64,000 bases of DNA. Origin: Podarcis pityusensis (lineage: Eukaryota). Below, one piece after another: positions 1-13,486 of this stretch; the first letter of the stretch is position 1; each line of letters begins with the position of its first letter. The DNA is taken from assembly GCA_964106645.2 (NCBI GenBank), contig OZ067041.1; one strand, given 5' to 3'. Position numbers and translations under genes: made by a program. The notes below the pieces were generated by a model. That model did no database searches, had not been told where the DNA came from, and worked only from the letters and a program-made list of their open reading frames with translations.

Positions 1-685
1 CCTTTCATCCAGCAAGGTAACACCAGCCGCCCGCAAGAATAGGCCTCTCCTTGGTCAATTTAAAGGGCAGGAGATGGCGGGACCTCCAGTCAGCTACCCA
101 GGCAATCAGAGGAATTCCCCTATGACCACCTGGCCATGTTTGTTCTGGATATCTAAGGATGGCAACGGAGCGGCAGGATCCACAACAACTGCCCACCTGG
201 AGGAAGGGGTAAGCATGCGAAGCACCATATAATTGGAGTACTGTGAATTTTGAAGGATAGCTGTGCTGCAGTTTGTGTTCTGGTTTTGGAAGTCATGAGA
301 ATTAGAGAGTTCACATTCAACTGTGAACTGAACAAATCCCCTTGCCCCCCCACCTAAATATGCTGGAACTTTTACACCTAGGAGTTTGTTGGGCTGACAG
401 GTACTGCCATTACTGTATTATTTCCTGTGAGTAAAGGAAAGGGTATAGCTATGCTTGGACTATTTGTGGCCAGGGATTACAATTGACCAACTCTTCACAT
501 GGTTACAGATGCCATGGTGATATATTTGTTTACAGATTTCTGTGAATAAATTCTAGCATTTCTGTTTAAAAATGGCTGGGCAAAATGGACGAAACTCGCC
601 TTCCAATATGTGCCTTTGCATAGAAGGCAGTGAGAGCCCTTCTCACACACCAATCTTCCCTGCAGGCTCCCACTGGGATGTCATG

Positions 686-793
686 TAGGGTTGCCATATG
701 TCCGGATTTTCCCAGACATGTCCGGGAACGGAATTACTGTCTGGGGGGATGGGAATTACTTTCACAAAAAAAGCTCAACATACGGCAACCCTA
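686..793. mobile_element. Short hAT-type MITE
   Basis: Terminal inverted repeats TAGGGTTGCCATATGT and ACATACGGCAACCCTA (1 mismatch in 16); 108 bp; no ORF; flanks share TCATG, possibly a degenerate TSD. Confidence 0.75.
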
Positions 794-921
794 ATCATGT
801 TCAGATGTAGGCTTCATGTCCAGAAACTTATGCATGTAGCCCCAAAGGGCACATCTGATTATTTGGGGAAATAATCAAGTAATCAACCATGCAAAATTGC
901 CCTACATATGTAGGCTGTGAT

Positions 922-1265
922 AAGGTAAAAAGGTAAAGGACCCCTGGACGGTTAAGTCCAGTCAAAGGCGATGATGGGGTTGCGGCGCTCATCTTGCTTT
1001 CAGGCCAAGGGAGCCGGCGTTTGTCCACAGAGAGTTTTCTGGGTCATGTGGCCAGCATAAGTAAACCACTACTGGTGTACGGAGGACCGTGACGAGTGCC
1101 GTTTACCTTCCCGCTACAGCAGTACCTATTTATCTACTTGCACTGGTGTGCTTTCGAGCTGCTAGGTTGTCAGGAGCTGGGACAGAGCAATGGGAGCTCA
1201 CCCCGTAGAGGGAATTCAAATCGCTGACCTTCCAATCAGCAAGCCCAAGAGGCTCAGTGGTTTAG
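922..1265 (-). mobile_element. Sauria (Squam1-type) SINE, 5' end missing
   Basis: Reverse-complement match to the copy at 55427, with (ACCTTT)-type tail and the GTAGATAAATAGGTAC core. Confidence 0.92.
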
Positions 1266-2372
1266 CAGAGGTGAGGCAAATAATCTGGCTAGGCTTTTGT
1301 GCGTGCGCGCGCGCACACACACACACACTCACTCACTCCCCTCTCTGCAATGGACTAGGCTGAGAAGAAAGTATCATCCAATCCAGCTGTGCAGTGCACT
1401 GAGGGTGGATTGGTTCATTCTTCATCTGGCATTATGTACATTCCCTAATTGTGGATGGCCTTGATACAGAGAAAATGCTGAGTTTGTGTGTTAGATACAA
1501 AGATGCTTTGGGGGACCTCCTCAGCAGGGAAAACTAGTGCTGGTTTAACTACTAGGACCACAAACAATGTGCTAATTGCCAGGAGGCAGATCTGAAAGTT
1601 TCTTCTAATTAGAATGAATGGGTTTCCTTTTCAGCTTACTGTCAGGGTTTTCTTTGTTTTTAAATAAAGGCCTGAAAAGCTGTGGAAACCTTGTATGCAC
1701 TGAATAATATGAGGTCCTCCAGCAGCAAAGCAACTCCAGCCAAGCCCAGGTAATGTCCTATTACCAAAACTAATTGTCAAGCTCTTTTTACTTTTAGTCT
1801 GTGAGCATGCTACGTACACAGCTTTGTTGAAGAGGGAGCATGAGAAGTCACATTAGTAGCAGGAAATCACATTTTATCTTACTGTGGATGTAAAGTCCCA
1901 TCTCTTAGCTGGCAATAAAACATGAAAGTGTCCTTAAATGCTACAATCAGTCCTGTGTGTGATTGAAAAGGCACGTATAATGTTCCAAATAAAAGGATGG
2001 AACTGAAATTGCCATATTGAAAGCAGTTCTCCAAGTTGCAATGGAACTGCCTGGGTTTGCTTCTCTAATTACTTCCTGATGCAATGAACTTGGACAGGTT
2101 GTCCTGCTTCTGCTGCTCTATTTTAATCCAGCCAAAATGTCCACAAGTCTCCTATTGTTTGTGAAAACCTTGTTAACAAACACACACACACATTTTGGGG
2201 CTCCCATACCAGAGTCTTCAGCACTTTCCATTGGGAAAGATTCCACTAGAAATAAGTAAATTTGGTCACCTAGGGTGCTTTCACAAATCAGATTTAAACT
2301 GGCTTTTGCGTCAATTGGTTTACAATACAAATGTATCCATATATTTATAGAGAAATTTAATTAACTGCTTAA

Positions 2373-2574
2373 TCAATAATAATAATAATAATAAATCTCC
2401 AAGTGGCATACAAATAAAAATATATGTAAAATATGACTAAAATCAACAAACCAAATAAAAATACATAAACCTGTTATTAGAAATAAAGATAAGATCAATA
2501 AAACTTTTAAAACATAACTAAATTGTGTATCCAGAGAGACTTGCTGAAACAAAAAGGTCTTCATCAGGCATCTT

Positions 2575-2607
<33 letters not shown>

Positions 2608-3365
2608 TTATTATTTATACCCCACCCATCTGTCTGGGTTTTCCCCACCACTCTGGGTGGCTCCCAACAGAATATTAAAAACACAATAAAACATCAAACT
2701 TTAAAAACTTCCCTAAACAAGGCTGCCTTCAGATGTCTTCTAAAAGTCAGATAGTTGTTCATTTCCTTAACACCTGACAGGAGGGTGTTCCACAGGGTGG
2801 ACGCCACCACCGAGAAGGCCCTCTGCCTCATTCCCTGCAACCTCACTTCTCGAAGGGAGGGAACTGTCAGAAGGCCCTCAGAGCTGGACCTCAGTGTCCA
2901 GACTGAACAATGGGGGTGGAGATGCTCCTTCAAGTATTATAGTGAGGGCGCCTGCCTATTGTCCATAGACAGGGAGTTTCAGAGCACAGGAATGACTTCT
3001 CAGAAATGCAGAATAGACATTATGTTGCACTTGTAATAGTGCAAGTTCTGCAGGTCAAAGTGATCAAACAGTATGGGGCAAGGCCTTATGAAAGCTGGTC
3101 CCAAGCATTATGGGCTTGATATACCTGAACTTGGCCTGGTAATAAATTGGCAGCCCGTGCAGAGATCTCTGAGCACAGGTGGAATATGCTGGCAAACTCT
3201 CACTCAGCAATTCTGCTGCGGCATTCTGCACTTTCTGTAGCTTCCATATCAACTGCAAGGAAAGTCCTGCATAGAGTGGGCTGCAGCAACCCTGCCTGGG
3301 CTAGCGTGATCAAGCTATCTTGGTTCAGGAATGGTCACAAGTGTCGTACCAGCAGGAGCTGGTGA
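2373..3365 (-). mobile_element. Old L2 LINE 3' fragment, interrupted by a younger L2
   Basis: (AAT)n tail at 2373; ORF remnant WKLQKVQNAAA typical of the L2 ORF2 post-RT region; homology resumes after ~2940. Confidence 0.65.
2577..2938 (-). mobile_element. L2 LINE 3' end (young family)
   Basis: ORF LRSSSEGLLTVP...RAFSVVASTLWNTL...FRRHLKAALF; microsatellite tail; highly similar to 6319-6697 and 56499-57347. Confidence 0.9.
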
Positions 3366-5089
3366 GAGGTGCTCCATTGGCGGGAGCCAAAATGGGATAT
3401 CCCAAGATGCAATCAGAAGCTGGGATGGCTTCCATAATTCTGGAATGTCCCGCTCAGGTCGGGACACTTACTCTGGAGTAAGCTGGTTGAGTGCCCAAGC
3501 AAAATGTTCCAGCTTGTGAGCTTTGGAGCACTTTCTAGAAGATTTTCAGGGATTGCGTCCCTCAAACGTCTGAGGAGTATCCCTTGAACAGCCCTTTGAG
3601 TTCAAAGATAATTCCGGAACCTGTAATGTATGTGATGTAAACAACCAAAGGTGCTTTCATTACTGTAAAATGACATATGCTAAAACAGTACTAAGAAATT
3701 TATTTTTGGCCTTTTGTGAGTTTCCTTTTAGAAGTGGTGTTCTTCAGAATGTAAACTGCTGTTGTTATGCTCATGGGAAGGGCAAAAAAACAAGATTTGT
3801 GCATGTGGTGAGGCTTTTCTTATCCTTTCCCATGGAGCAAACTTACTCCTGCCTTCCATACACTATTGCATCACAGGCTCCATTTAAATCTCAGGAGAGC
3901 TTTATAACAACCTTGAAATGCAGCGCAGGAGGGAAAGAAAGGAGAGGAAATCTCCGCGTAGTTCATTGCACATACATAAAAGAGACTGCTGGATCATGGC
4001 TAATATCTTCATTAAGCAACAAAGCTCCCTTTACATTTCAAATCTACATGCGCCCATTTACAGAAGGAAACATTTGGCCAATCTGTTCAGGGAAATCAAT
4101 AGCACTATAGCAAATGATCCCAAACACACCACATCCCTCTATTTCCTTCAGAATGTTTGATATTTGCATTTGTAGTGTGTGTTTTTTTACAGTGCCCTTG
4201 AGCCACATATGTCTTACCACAAACACATTAAGGGTCAATCTACCTTGTCAAAGGTCAGCTCATGGCAATCTTCCTTTTCTGCTATTTTGGATGGGCAAGC
4301 ATCATCATATTAATTTTTGGTCAATGCTGTTTTTAAGCGCAGCACTCACCAGAATTCAAACACTGAGTGGCACTAATGTTAATCTGTCCAGATATTTGCA
4401 CCTCCCAACCTCCCTTTGGCCAGGCAGAGGGAACACTTCCAAGCTTTTCATTATAACTATTCCATTTGTATTTTTTCAGTCTGGTATGAGTACAAGTGAG
4501 ATAATTGCTCAGCTCAGCAAGTTTCCTACCTTTGTGTTCTTAGACTTCAATAAAGCAGTATATTTTCAACTGTGGGTTTAGCACTCTTGCCTCAGGCCAC
4601 TGTCCCAGAGGGGCAACTGGCGCATCGTAAAATGTTCTACTTCTAAATATTTTTCTCTCCTTGTACGTATAATCTATGCATGTGTGTTTTTGCTGCAAGG
4701 AGGTGAAATGCTTGGTGAACACGTTGCAATTTTTTGACACCTCCGAAAGCTCTTTGATTTTTAAGTAAGCCTTTGTGCAACAGTGCCACATTAATTGTAG
4801 TTGTTCAAAGAAAAGATCTAGATCAGAGATCTGACATTAATGTAGCAACTTGTGAAGTTAAAGATAGCTTATCAGGGGTGGATTTTGATGGCTTTGTGGG
4901 GAAGGAAACACAGTGAGCTTTTGATGGAGAATTGCAGCCTTAATTACAAATAATGAGTAAAAACATTATGGCATATTTTTTAAAAGTCAGGTTTGGCACT
5001 GATATAATAAAGAAATTACCCATTAAAGCAATACAATCTACTATTTTGTATCCCATACAACAATGAGTCTTATAGCACGTGAAAGTCAA

Positions 5090-5447
5090 GCTCTGCTGGA
5101 TCAGATCCAAGCCCCATCTAGTACAGCATTTTTGTAGTGGGAATGTATCTGGGAAGCCCACGAGCAGATTAAGTTAAGAATACTCTCCCACTCATGTTCT
5201 CCAGCAACTTACACTCAAATATATGCCACCTCCAAAACTGGAGGAAGGACACAGCCATTGTGACACATAGCCAATGATAGCCTACTTTGGGTTGTCTAAT
5301 CTCCCTTTAAAATCATCTAAGAAAGTAACTGTCACCATATCTTGTGGCAGCAAATTCCATAGTTTAAGCACAATGTGAAGAAATACTTCTTCTTTTCTCT
5401 CCTGAATCTCCTACCATTCAGATTCATTGGATGACCTTGGGTTCTAG
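5090..5447 (-). mobile_element. CR1 LINE 3' fragment
   Basis: CR1-like 3' end and ORF2 C-terminus (TGTGGCAGCAAATTCCATAG...TGTGAAGAAATACTTC); related degenerate copy near 58240-58370. Confidence 0.7.
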
Positions 5448-5644
5448 CAGGGCCGACCCACTCATGAGACCAGGTGAGGAGACTGCCTCAGGCAGCAGGA
5501 TCCACCAGGGCAGCAGATACCAATGTTAATCCTTCTTCCCCCTTGTTCCTGATGCAGATCTTCCCTCATCCCTTCTTCCCCGGTATGGAGGGGGTGTCAT
5601 TTTGGGGTTTGCCTCAAGTGCCAAAATGTTTTGGGCTGGCCCTG
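5448..5644. mobile_element. hAT (Tip100-like) MITE inserted in CR1
   Basis: TIRs CAGGGCCGACCC / GGGCTGGCCCTG; 8-bp TSD GGTTCTAG / GGTTACAG. Confidence 0.75.
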
Positions 5645-6318
5645 GGTTACAGAATAAAGAGATGGATCAAAATGTCACTCTTTTTTTTTTATGGCATAAG
5701 CTCTCATCGACCATACTCTGCTAAATCCACAGACCCTCACAGCATACCATCCTTCCATGCGTAACTTCCCAGATTTCCTCAGAAATTCAGCCTGAACAAC
5801 CTGTGAATTCAACATAGTTTCAACTAACTTGAAAGTATGTGTTACACCATTCCGGCTTCCAGTTTCTTGATTCTGAACAACATTTATGTCAAATCATTGC
5901 AACACACTAAACCACTCTGTGCCTGACAACATCATAAGTATCCCTTCATACTTTCTGTTACCATTGCTGTAGTCACTGATGTGCACACCACTGAGCAATC
6001 TCTCGTGCTGAAGGGCCAGCAAAATGAAACAATTTTTTCCTTACACAGGAATGGTGCTCAAAGGGCTGGAGGTAGATTCAAGACCGGCTCACCCACAGCC
6101 CCAGTGATGGGGACTGGGAGCAAAGTCTGAGCTTGTGTACCCTCTCCCGCCATGTGCCAAGCCTTAGTATGAAGTCCAGCTTACACCTGGGAATGCTGAC
6201 ACACATGTACCATGTGATTACCCCTCCTTGTGGCAGTCACATTATGCCAGTAGGGTCAACACTCAAAGAAATTTGACTCTGGTCTGACATGTGCTTGAGG
6301 AAGGCACTTTGACACAAG

Positions 6319-6357
<39 letters not shown>

Positions 6358-6697
6358 TACCCCCACCCATCTGGCTAGGTTTCCCAAATCACTCTAGGAG
6401 GCTCTCAACAGAATATTAAAAACATGATAAAACATCAAACATTAAAAACTTCCCTAAACAGGGCTGCCTTCAGATGTCTTCTAAAAGTCAGATAGTTGTT
6501 TATTTCCTTGACATCTGATGCGAGGGCATTCCACATGCCGGGTGCCACTACTGAAAAGGCCCTGTAACTTCGCTTCTCGCAGTGAGGAAACCACCAGAAG
6601 GCCCTCAGAGCTGGACCTCAGTGTCTGGGCTGAATGATGGAGGTGGAGATGCTCCTTCAAATATTATACTGAGCTGAGGCTGTTTAGGGCTTTAAAG
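6319..6697 (-). mobile_element. L2 LINE 3' end (young family) with long (AAT)n tail
   Basis: Near-identical to 2577-2938; (AAT)n at 6319-6356. Confidence 0.9.
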
Positions 6698-6759
6698 ACT
6701 GAATACAATGTTCTTACATATACAGATATTTAAATTTCTTCCCATAGAAATTAGCATGT

Positions 6760-6950
6760 CCACTGAGCTCAGGTGGTGAGGCGCTTCTGTGACTCCTGCC
6801 ATTTTGTGAGGTATGGCTGGTGAGGATGTCTAATGGGGCCTTTTCTATTGTGTTATCAATAATATAAAGCTCCCTGACCCATGAGTTTTGTTTAGCCCTT
6901 TCTCTACCAGTTTTCTACCATCAACTGAAGATTTCACAGTTCTGTTCTTT
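6760..6950 (+). mobile_element. Degenerate L2 3' fragment
   Basis: GGGCCTTTTCTATTGTG...CTCCCTG...CAACTGAAGA matches the RAFSV..P.LWNSLP..LK coding pattern. Confidence 0.45.
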
Positions 6951-9900
6951 TGGTCTATTTGCATTCTCTATCTATTTATTTGCCCCCTGGTTGTTTTACC
7001 TGCACACACTCTCTGTGTGTGCTTCTGTTTACATTGTTTTAAAGGGAGATTGTTTAGATAGCTCCCCCCCACACCCCTTAATATTGTTTATTTGGAGATG
7101 GAAGAGCAGGAAAGAAAGGAAAATAAATAGACCCTCCCTCATTGGTGTTCAACAGATGGGTCAGGATCAACCTGAAGTGGATTATATGAGAAGCCCAGAG
7201 ATCATTTTCTGCTGCCTTTTAAATTTATTTTAAAAGGGAAAGTGAGAATCAAGTAGAAAGGTGCACAGAGAGTGAGAAGCAGAAAAGAAGGGAAACTGAA
7301 TCCTCTGGAGCAGGATGGGTTTAAAGACGACTCCCAGGTTTGAAAAGGTTGAAGACTACAGTTCCAAGATACAGCTCTCCAAAACAACATTATTCCAGTA
7401 TTTGCTTTTATCATGTGATAGGCTGTCCTCTTGGAACTTTTACCAAATGGTGACTAACTCTAACAGACTCCTGTATTTTCCTCAAAGAAATACCTTTCAA
7501 TGTGTAATAAGGTCATCACAACCTGAATGAGTAGCTAACAAGTTGTCTGTAATCATTGTCCAGTATAGTGAAAAGAGATATCATTGTGGAGTTGATTATA
7601 GTCTATCCTAAAGCAAGCAAGAAAGTCTGACCAAGATCTAAACATTCTAGTTAGACTAGCCTCTGATACACTCATCTAATCTGGGAAGAAAAGGAAAAAC
7701 GACAGCCAGGCATACTCCCGATTCATCCTGCAATATTTCTATTTTATTTTGAGTGCTGCTGCAAGACTTTATGCCACCTGAGGGAAGGTGGGCCAACCGC
7801 TGTTGCCTCTAACCAAATCCTCCTGCTCCCACCACTGGCACTGCTTCCTCTTCCATCCTCCTTTGGTTTTTAGAATGGTCCTCTGTGGCTATCCAGTCAA
7901 TGTTTCATTCTGAGGAACATAATATTGTGACCATGGTGGTCCTACTACACCTGTGCTACTCCCACTTTTGCAGCAGCAAATCCTGTGGAGCCATAAGAAT
8001 CTGCATAAACAAGCTTTCTTCAGGGCCAGCTCACTCCCAGTGCCTCACTCTGAGGAAGGGCCTTTTAGGAATGCCACACCACAGGCACTTTCCTGTGATG
8101 ACAAGGACCTCATAGAGTTATTGACAGCAGCTGCCAGGTCAGGAGTGGTGACTGGGTGACTGACAATAGAGACACTGCCACCCTAGCAGTAGCAGCAACC
8201 GCCAATCAGCCTGCCAGTGAAATGCTGACAGGTAGCCAATCACATCTCTGCAGGCAGGTGGAGAGCAGGGAGGTCCCTGATTGGCCATCTCTCCAAATCC
8301 ACCTCCTTGGCTAAAGGGGTGCCTGGACCTAAGTGAATTCCCCACCTTCTGGTCTGAATCATCCCCAAGGCAGCTTTCTATAGATTATAACAATGCAAGG
8401 CAATTAACATGGCAAGGTGGCCAAGAGACCTAATGTGAAAACTTCTCCCTGGCTCTCTGTTGTTCCTATCACTGCAGCTGTAGAAAATCCAAGGGAAAAT
8501 AATTTACACTTCCAAATGTAACTCTCACTAGGATGTGAGGCTTCTCACTCAGGCCTGATGGAATCACAGAGATAAGAAAATCACAGTGTGAGCCATCTAA
8601 TCCTTTGGACAGAAAACTTCCAGGTTTATTTCTCAAGCCATATTTATATCTCTCTTAGGACAGAAATGAGAGTTGGCCACAGAAATCAATGGAGAAAAAT
8701 TAATGTTTCACATGAAATAAGACCTGACTTAGAAAGAGCACAAAATCCTGCCTTTGGTACTGCCTTTTCCTCCCAGGGGGTGGGACAGAAATGCTGCTGT
8801 CCAATCACAGGTTTCTATAGGCACCTGTCACTTTTGCTCCAGGTGAGTAAAAAAGAATGATAAAAGAAGCATGAGTTCAGATGGGGATGTCAGCTTAGCC
8901 AGAACCCATAAATTGGGATTCCTATTCCTGAGCGCTGTGTCTGCTGCTAAGCCTGTACCTTTACTTACCTGAATAAATACCTCTCTCTTAATCACAAGTG
9001 TGATCCTCTGCTTGAATGTTTTTGGCTGGGAACCAGGATATGAGCAGAAGGAGGTGGGATGTCTTACACATTCCAGATGAAATAAAAGGAATATATATAT
9101 GCTACACAAGTGGCTGTAAGGATGCAAGACACTAACTCCAGATTATTACAGACAATGGTCCTGTACACACAGAAATGCACATCAGCCCCATTAATTCCAA
9201 TGGAATGTGTAGAAGATATATTGAAATAAGTCTTTTGCAAAAGAGATTACCAGTGGGGCATGTCTCTGGTACATAATGTTCTCAATAGCATTGGATAAAA
9301 GTACTGTATATTTCTGCAGGCACAATTCTTAATGCAAGATAACTGCTTCTGCTTTTGGTGTCAACATCCTGTCTAGGGCCGTTCGTCGAGGAGCTTGTTC
9401 CAAAGTAAAACAACAGTTTAGGAACATTCATCAGCTCCCCCGTTCCTCAAAATAAAATGTCAGAAAAGATTCTCTTCATGATAACAGCTCTTGTGCCTTG
9501 AGTAAATGCTGTTTTATTTAAGCGTTATCACTTCATCTCATGTACTCTGCATAATGGATTTCACATGAAAAGGACCTCATTAGCGAGCTGCTTTTTATGT
9601 CTACACCGAAAGTTCGGAAACTGTAAGAAGGAGAACAGTCTATAAGGAACTGAGAAACATCAAGGTGCAATAAAAATCATAAAGCTACTAAGTGACTGTC
9701 TTGTTTTTCAAGGGAGAAAATGGAGCGGCAAAGGATTTCCTTTCAAGTAAAACAAGAACCTGTCTCCATATCCTGTGCAGGGAGTTAATGCAAACCTGAG
9801 AGGTCAATTTGAAAATTTCTGATGTGGATCACTGTTTGAGCCTTGAAAGAAATAGGTGCAGAGTGCAAGCCCCTTGACTCTTTGTCAGAAAATAGATCAT

Positions 9901-10859
9901 GCAAAGACTGTGTGAACATCACTGTGATCTTCCAAAGTTCAAGGCTGCTTGAAGGTCATTGTCTCAAGGCATAATATCTTTTCGTTCTCAGTAATATTGT
10001 GAAGTTCTTATAGTTCTTACAAGACGGCGATTTGGATGATCTTCCCACAGGTTGATAAATATAAGGTTGGCATAAGTCACTGTTATGATTCTCCAGTTAC
10101 TGCCAGTGAATATGAAGAGTCCTCTGTTTCACAGATGCCCTTTAGTGACTCTAAGAATAGCCAAATCAATCTATTTCCAGTCAATGTCACTTTTACATGT
10201 GTTTGCTCAACAATCTGGTTCGTTACATTTTCCCCCTTATATATTGCTTGAAAAATTGCATTTGAATATACATTCCTAATAAGGTTTCTCTCAAAATAAA
10301 CACAATTTTATGCTTCTTTTTTTAAAAAAAGCTGAAAACTACATTGGGACAACCAGGAGCAGTGAAAGTTGGTGAATAATGAACAGTGCAGTCCTAGCAA
10401 TGTCTATTAGAATTAAGTCCTATTGAATTAAATGGGGCTATTCCTGGGTTTATGGGGCTAGGATCGCAGCCTAAGCTCTGAATGAACACTGTCAAAGAGG
10501 TGCAGTTGAGTTCAGTTTACCTTAGAATCCACAAATTCCTCAAGTGTCCCTAACTAGCTCAATTTGAGATCCTTGGCTCCTCGCTGTCCATTTATGCAGC
10601 CAGTATGATTTCTAAAAGTAGCCCTTTTAATGGGAATTTTAAAAATTCATTTAAAATGCAAGCCCTCATTTGACAGCACTCTGTAATTAAATTTATTCTA
10701 CTTAATGCTATTTTCATGTGGTGCTGAATTAGCTTACCGCCAGAATATTCCAATGCTTCTGAATTGACTTTTGGTTTCAAATTTTAACAATGTTGATAAT
10801 GTTAAAACCTACTTTAATTTGGAAGCGGTGACCTGCGACTGGAATATTAGAAATTGGAG

Positions 10860-11040
10860 ATAGTGTGCAATGGTGGCAGAGACCATTGGCCTTGGGTGGG
10901 AGAGATCCTCTCTCAATTATCCACTTGGCCATGAAAGTCACTGGGTGACTTTTAGCCAGCCACCATTTCTCAGCCTAACTTCCCTTACAAGCTTGGTGTG
11001 ATGCTAAAATGGACTAACCCCAAGTACACCTCCCTGAACC
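10860..11040 (+). mobile_element. MIR/Squam3-like SINE remnant
   Basis: GGCCATGAAAGTCACTGGGTGACTTTTAGCCAG...CTCAGCCTAAC...ACAAG core. Confidence 0.6.
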
Positions 11041-11468
11041 GCCATTATTGGTTTCAAGTATCAACATGGTTAGGCATCTGCAAAGCACACCCTGTGAGCA
11101 ACCCATACTGAATACAGCTCATTGGGCATGTTACACTGGAGTTTGGGGGCATATCAAAGTGCCAAGACTTCTCCCAGGCTCAGGAGAAGGCCAACAGCTT
11201 GCACCCGACATGCATGGCTCCAGAGGTACTCTAATGTAGCAAGACTTATCACTGAGCCCTTTGGATTTGAATGCTGGATTAACCACCAGAAGTGGTATGG
11301 TGCTGTAGTCAGAGTATTGGACTGAGAGTTAAACTCTTAAATCATGCAGGATGGTTGTAAGGGGGGGGGGGAATAGGGCAGGGGGTGCTGTGCAGAGTAA
11401 AACTGTAATAAAACTATTTTATAACACACTGATTTTTATTTAATGCATGTAATTTCCACACACAAAAG

Positions 11469-11825
11469 GGGACGCGGGTGGTGCTGTGGGTTAAACCACA
11501 GAGCCTAGGACTTGCCGATCAGAAGGTCGGCGGTTCAAATTCCCGCAACGGGGTGAGAACCCGTTGCTCAGTCCCTGCTCCTGCCCACCTAGCATTTCGA
11601 AAGCACATCAAAGTGCAAGTAGATAAATAGGTACTGCTCCGTCGGGAAGGTAAACAGCGTTTCCGTGCGCTCCTCTGGTTCGCCAGAAGAGGCTTAGTCA
11701 TGCTGGCCACATGACCCGGAAGCTGTACGCCGGCTCCCTCGGCCAATAAAGCGAGATGAGTGCTGCAACCCCAGAGTCGGTCACGACTGGACCTAATGGC
11801 CAGGGGTCCCTTTACCTTTACTCTT
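11469..11825 (+). mobile_element. Full-length Sauria SINE (subfamily 'A')
   Basis: tRNA-like head GGGACGCGGGTGG with B-box GGTTCAAATTCC; ACCTTT tail; flanking duplication TAATTTCCACA. Confidence 0.95.
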
Positions 11826-13486
11826 TAATTTCCACAATTAGGGCCAGTGCAAGATGCTGACAGTCACTGGTCTTGTACAATAATCAAAATAAAACTATCA
11901 AAATATAATTCAAGAATGTACCCAATCACAAAATTTCAGCAGTGTCAGTCAGGTAGAGGGTCCAGGAATCAATTATAGCATAGAAACCCCTGCATAGAAA
12001 GAAAGAAAGAAACGTGGGGGGAGAGGAACTGGAATAGGGAGTGGATGAGAAATTGTATTATAAAGCCACATTTTAATTATGAGCCTGCATGTTCAGTGGC
12101 TCTGTTTTAATAATCCAGGAATTAATTAGTTCATGAAGGATAGTCAGGCAGACAAGGAAGCGCAGCTGGGGGAATGGGGAGAGGGTTGTGTGAGGGGTCT
12201 TTCTTACAATAAAGACACATTTTAATTATAGTCCTGGGTGTTCAGTGGCTCAGTTTCAATATCAAGTCTGACAGATTCATTCTAACCATTTTGGGATAGC
12301 ATATTTTTTATGCCCTGTGGAAGGATACAAGTCAGTGTCCCCTTGGAGCGTGAACAATGGGTCACTGTCCTTATAGAGGAATAATAATTTAATGCTTTTT
12401 AAAAATGTGTGTTATGGCCTATTCGCTATGCTCCGAAACTGTCTGGCTGAAGCTCAGCCTTCCATCTGTGAAATGGCTGTTTGGCTGACTGCAGAGGATG
12501 TGGCATGCTGCTTCATGGTACTTTATTACTGCTAAATAGATGTGTTATAGTATACATTGCCATATTTAGCTCAAGCTTTGGAATGCTTGCATGCTAGCAG
12601 TCTTCATAGGAGGCATCTTCGGTTTGCATCACTACACTGCCTCTGGCAAATGTGCTGCGGGGGGGAAAGCAAGAGGTACCATTTATAATGCTTAGATCAA
12701 CAAATTATACCATGTTGTGAATGGCATGCCATTTGTTGGCATAAGGCAGCCTTCCTAACCTACCTCAGAGGGCTACTATGGGGATTAAATGAGTGGGAAG
12801 ATTTGGAGAACTGTGAAAACTGAAGGATACTTACATTCTGATTAGGCAAGTCTGCATCAGAATTCACAGAAAATGAATTCCCCAAGCAGCCTGCATGTCT
12901 CTTCAGTGCTATCCTAGGGGGAAACTGTTCCTGGAACCCCCATTGCCTACAGCAGGCTTCCCCCAGAAGGGAGGTGACATGGGAATTCAGAGCTGTTGCC
13001 AAATCTAGGAACCTCCGTATAGGACCACAGTTCATTTTGCCCTGAACAAGTCTTAGAAAACCACTTTTGTTCTCCGGCCAAATAGTTGGCACAGTGTTTT
13101 GTAGTTGTAACCTTGTCATGAACCCTGAATCCCAGCTGGAATCTATTCTGTCTATATGAGCTATGAGCATGATGCAGGCATTTGCTTCAGGTTAAACCTG
13201 CAAGCAACATGAGACTCACTGTGCATCTGTTTTTCAGGAAACCAGGCATGACCTCCCTCGCTGCTTGTCCTGGTGGGGAGATGTCAACGGCAACTGTCAG
13301 AAATTGAAGACTTGGCCGTGATTAAGGCTGAAATGAATGCAAAAGGCTTGCTGAAAACAATACCTGTTGGGTGTTTGGGACTAAGTATCTCTCATAAAGT
13401 GTTAATTCAATATATGGGGTAACTCTTGAAATTGGTACAGTTCTTCCCTTTGTGAAACATGAGGGGACCTACATGTTCAATGTTTT

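Noticed and set aside
3670-4581. 146-aa and 155-aa + strand ORFs
   Set aside because: No recognisable domain, and their composition looks like translated non-coding DNA.
11469-11560. tRNA gene
   Set aside because: The A/B-box-like motifs belong to a SINE head and there is no cloverleaf.
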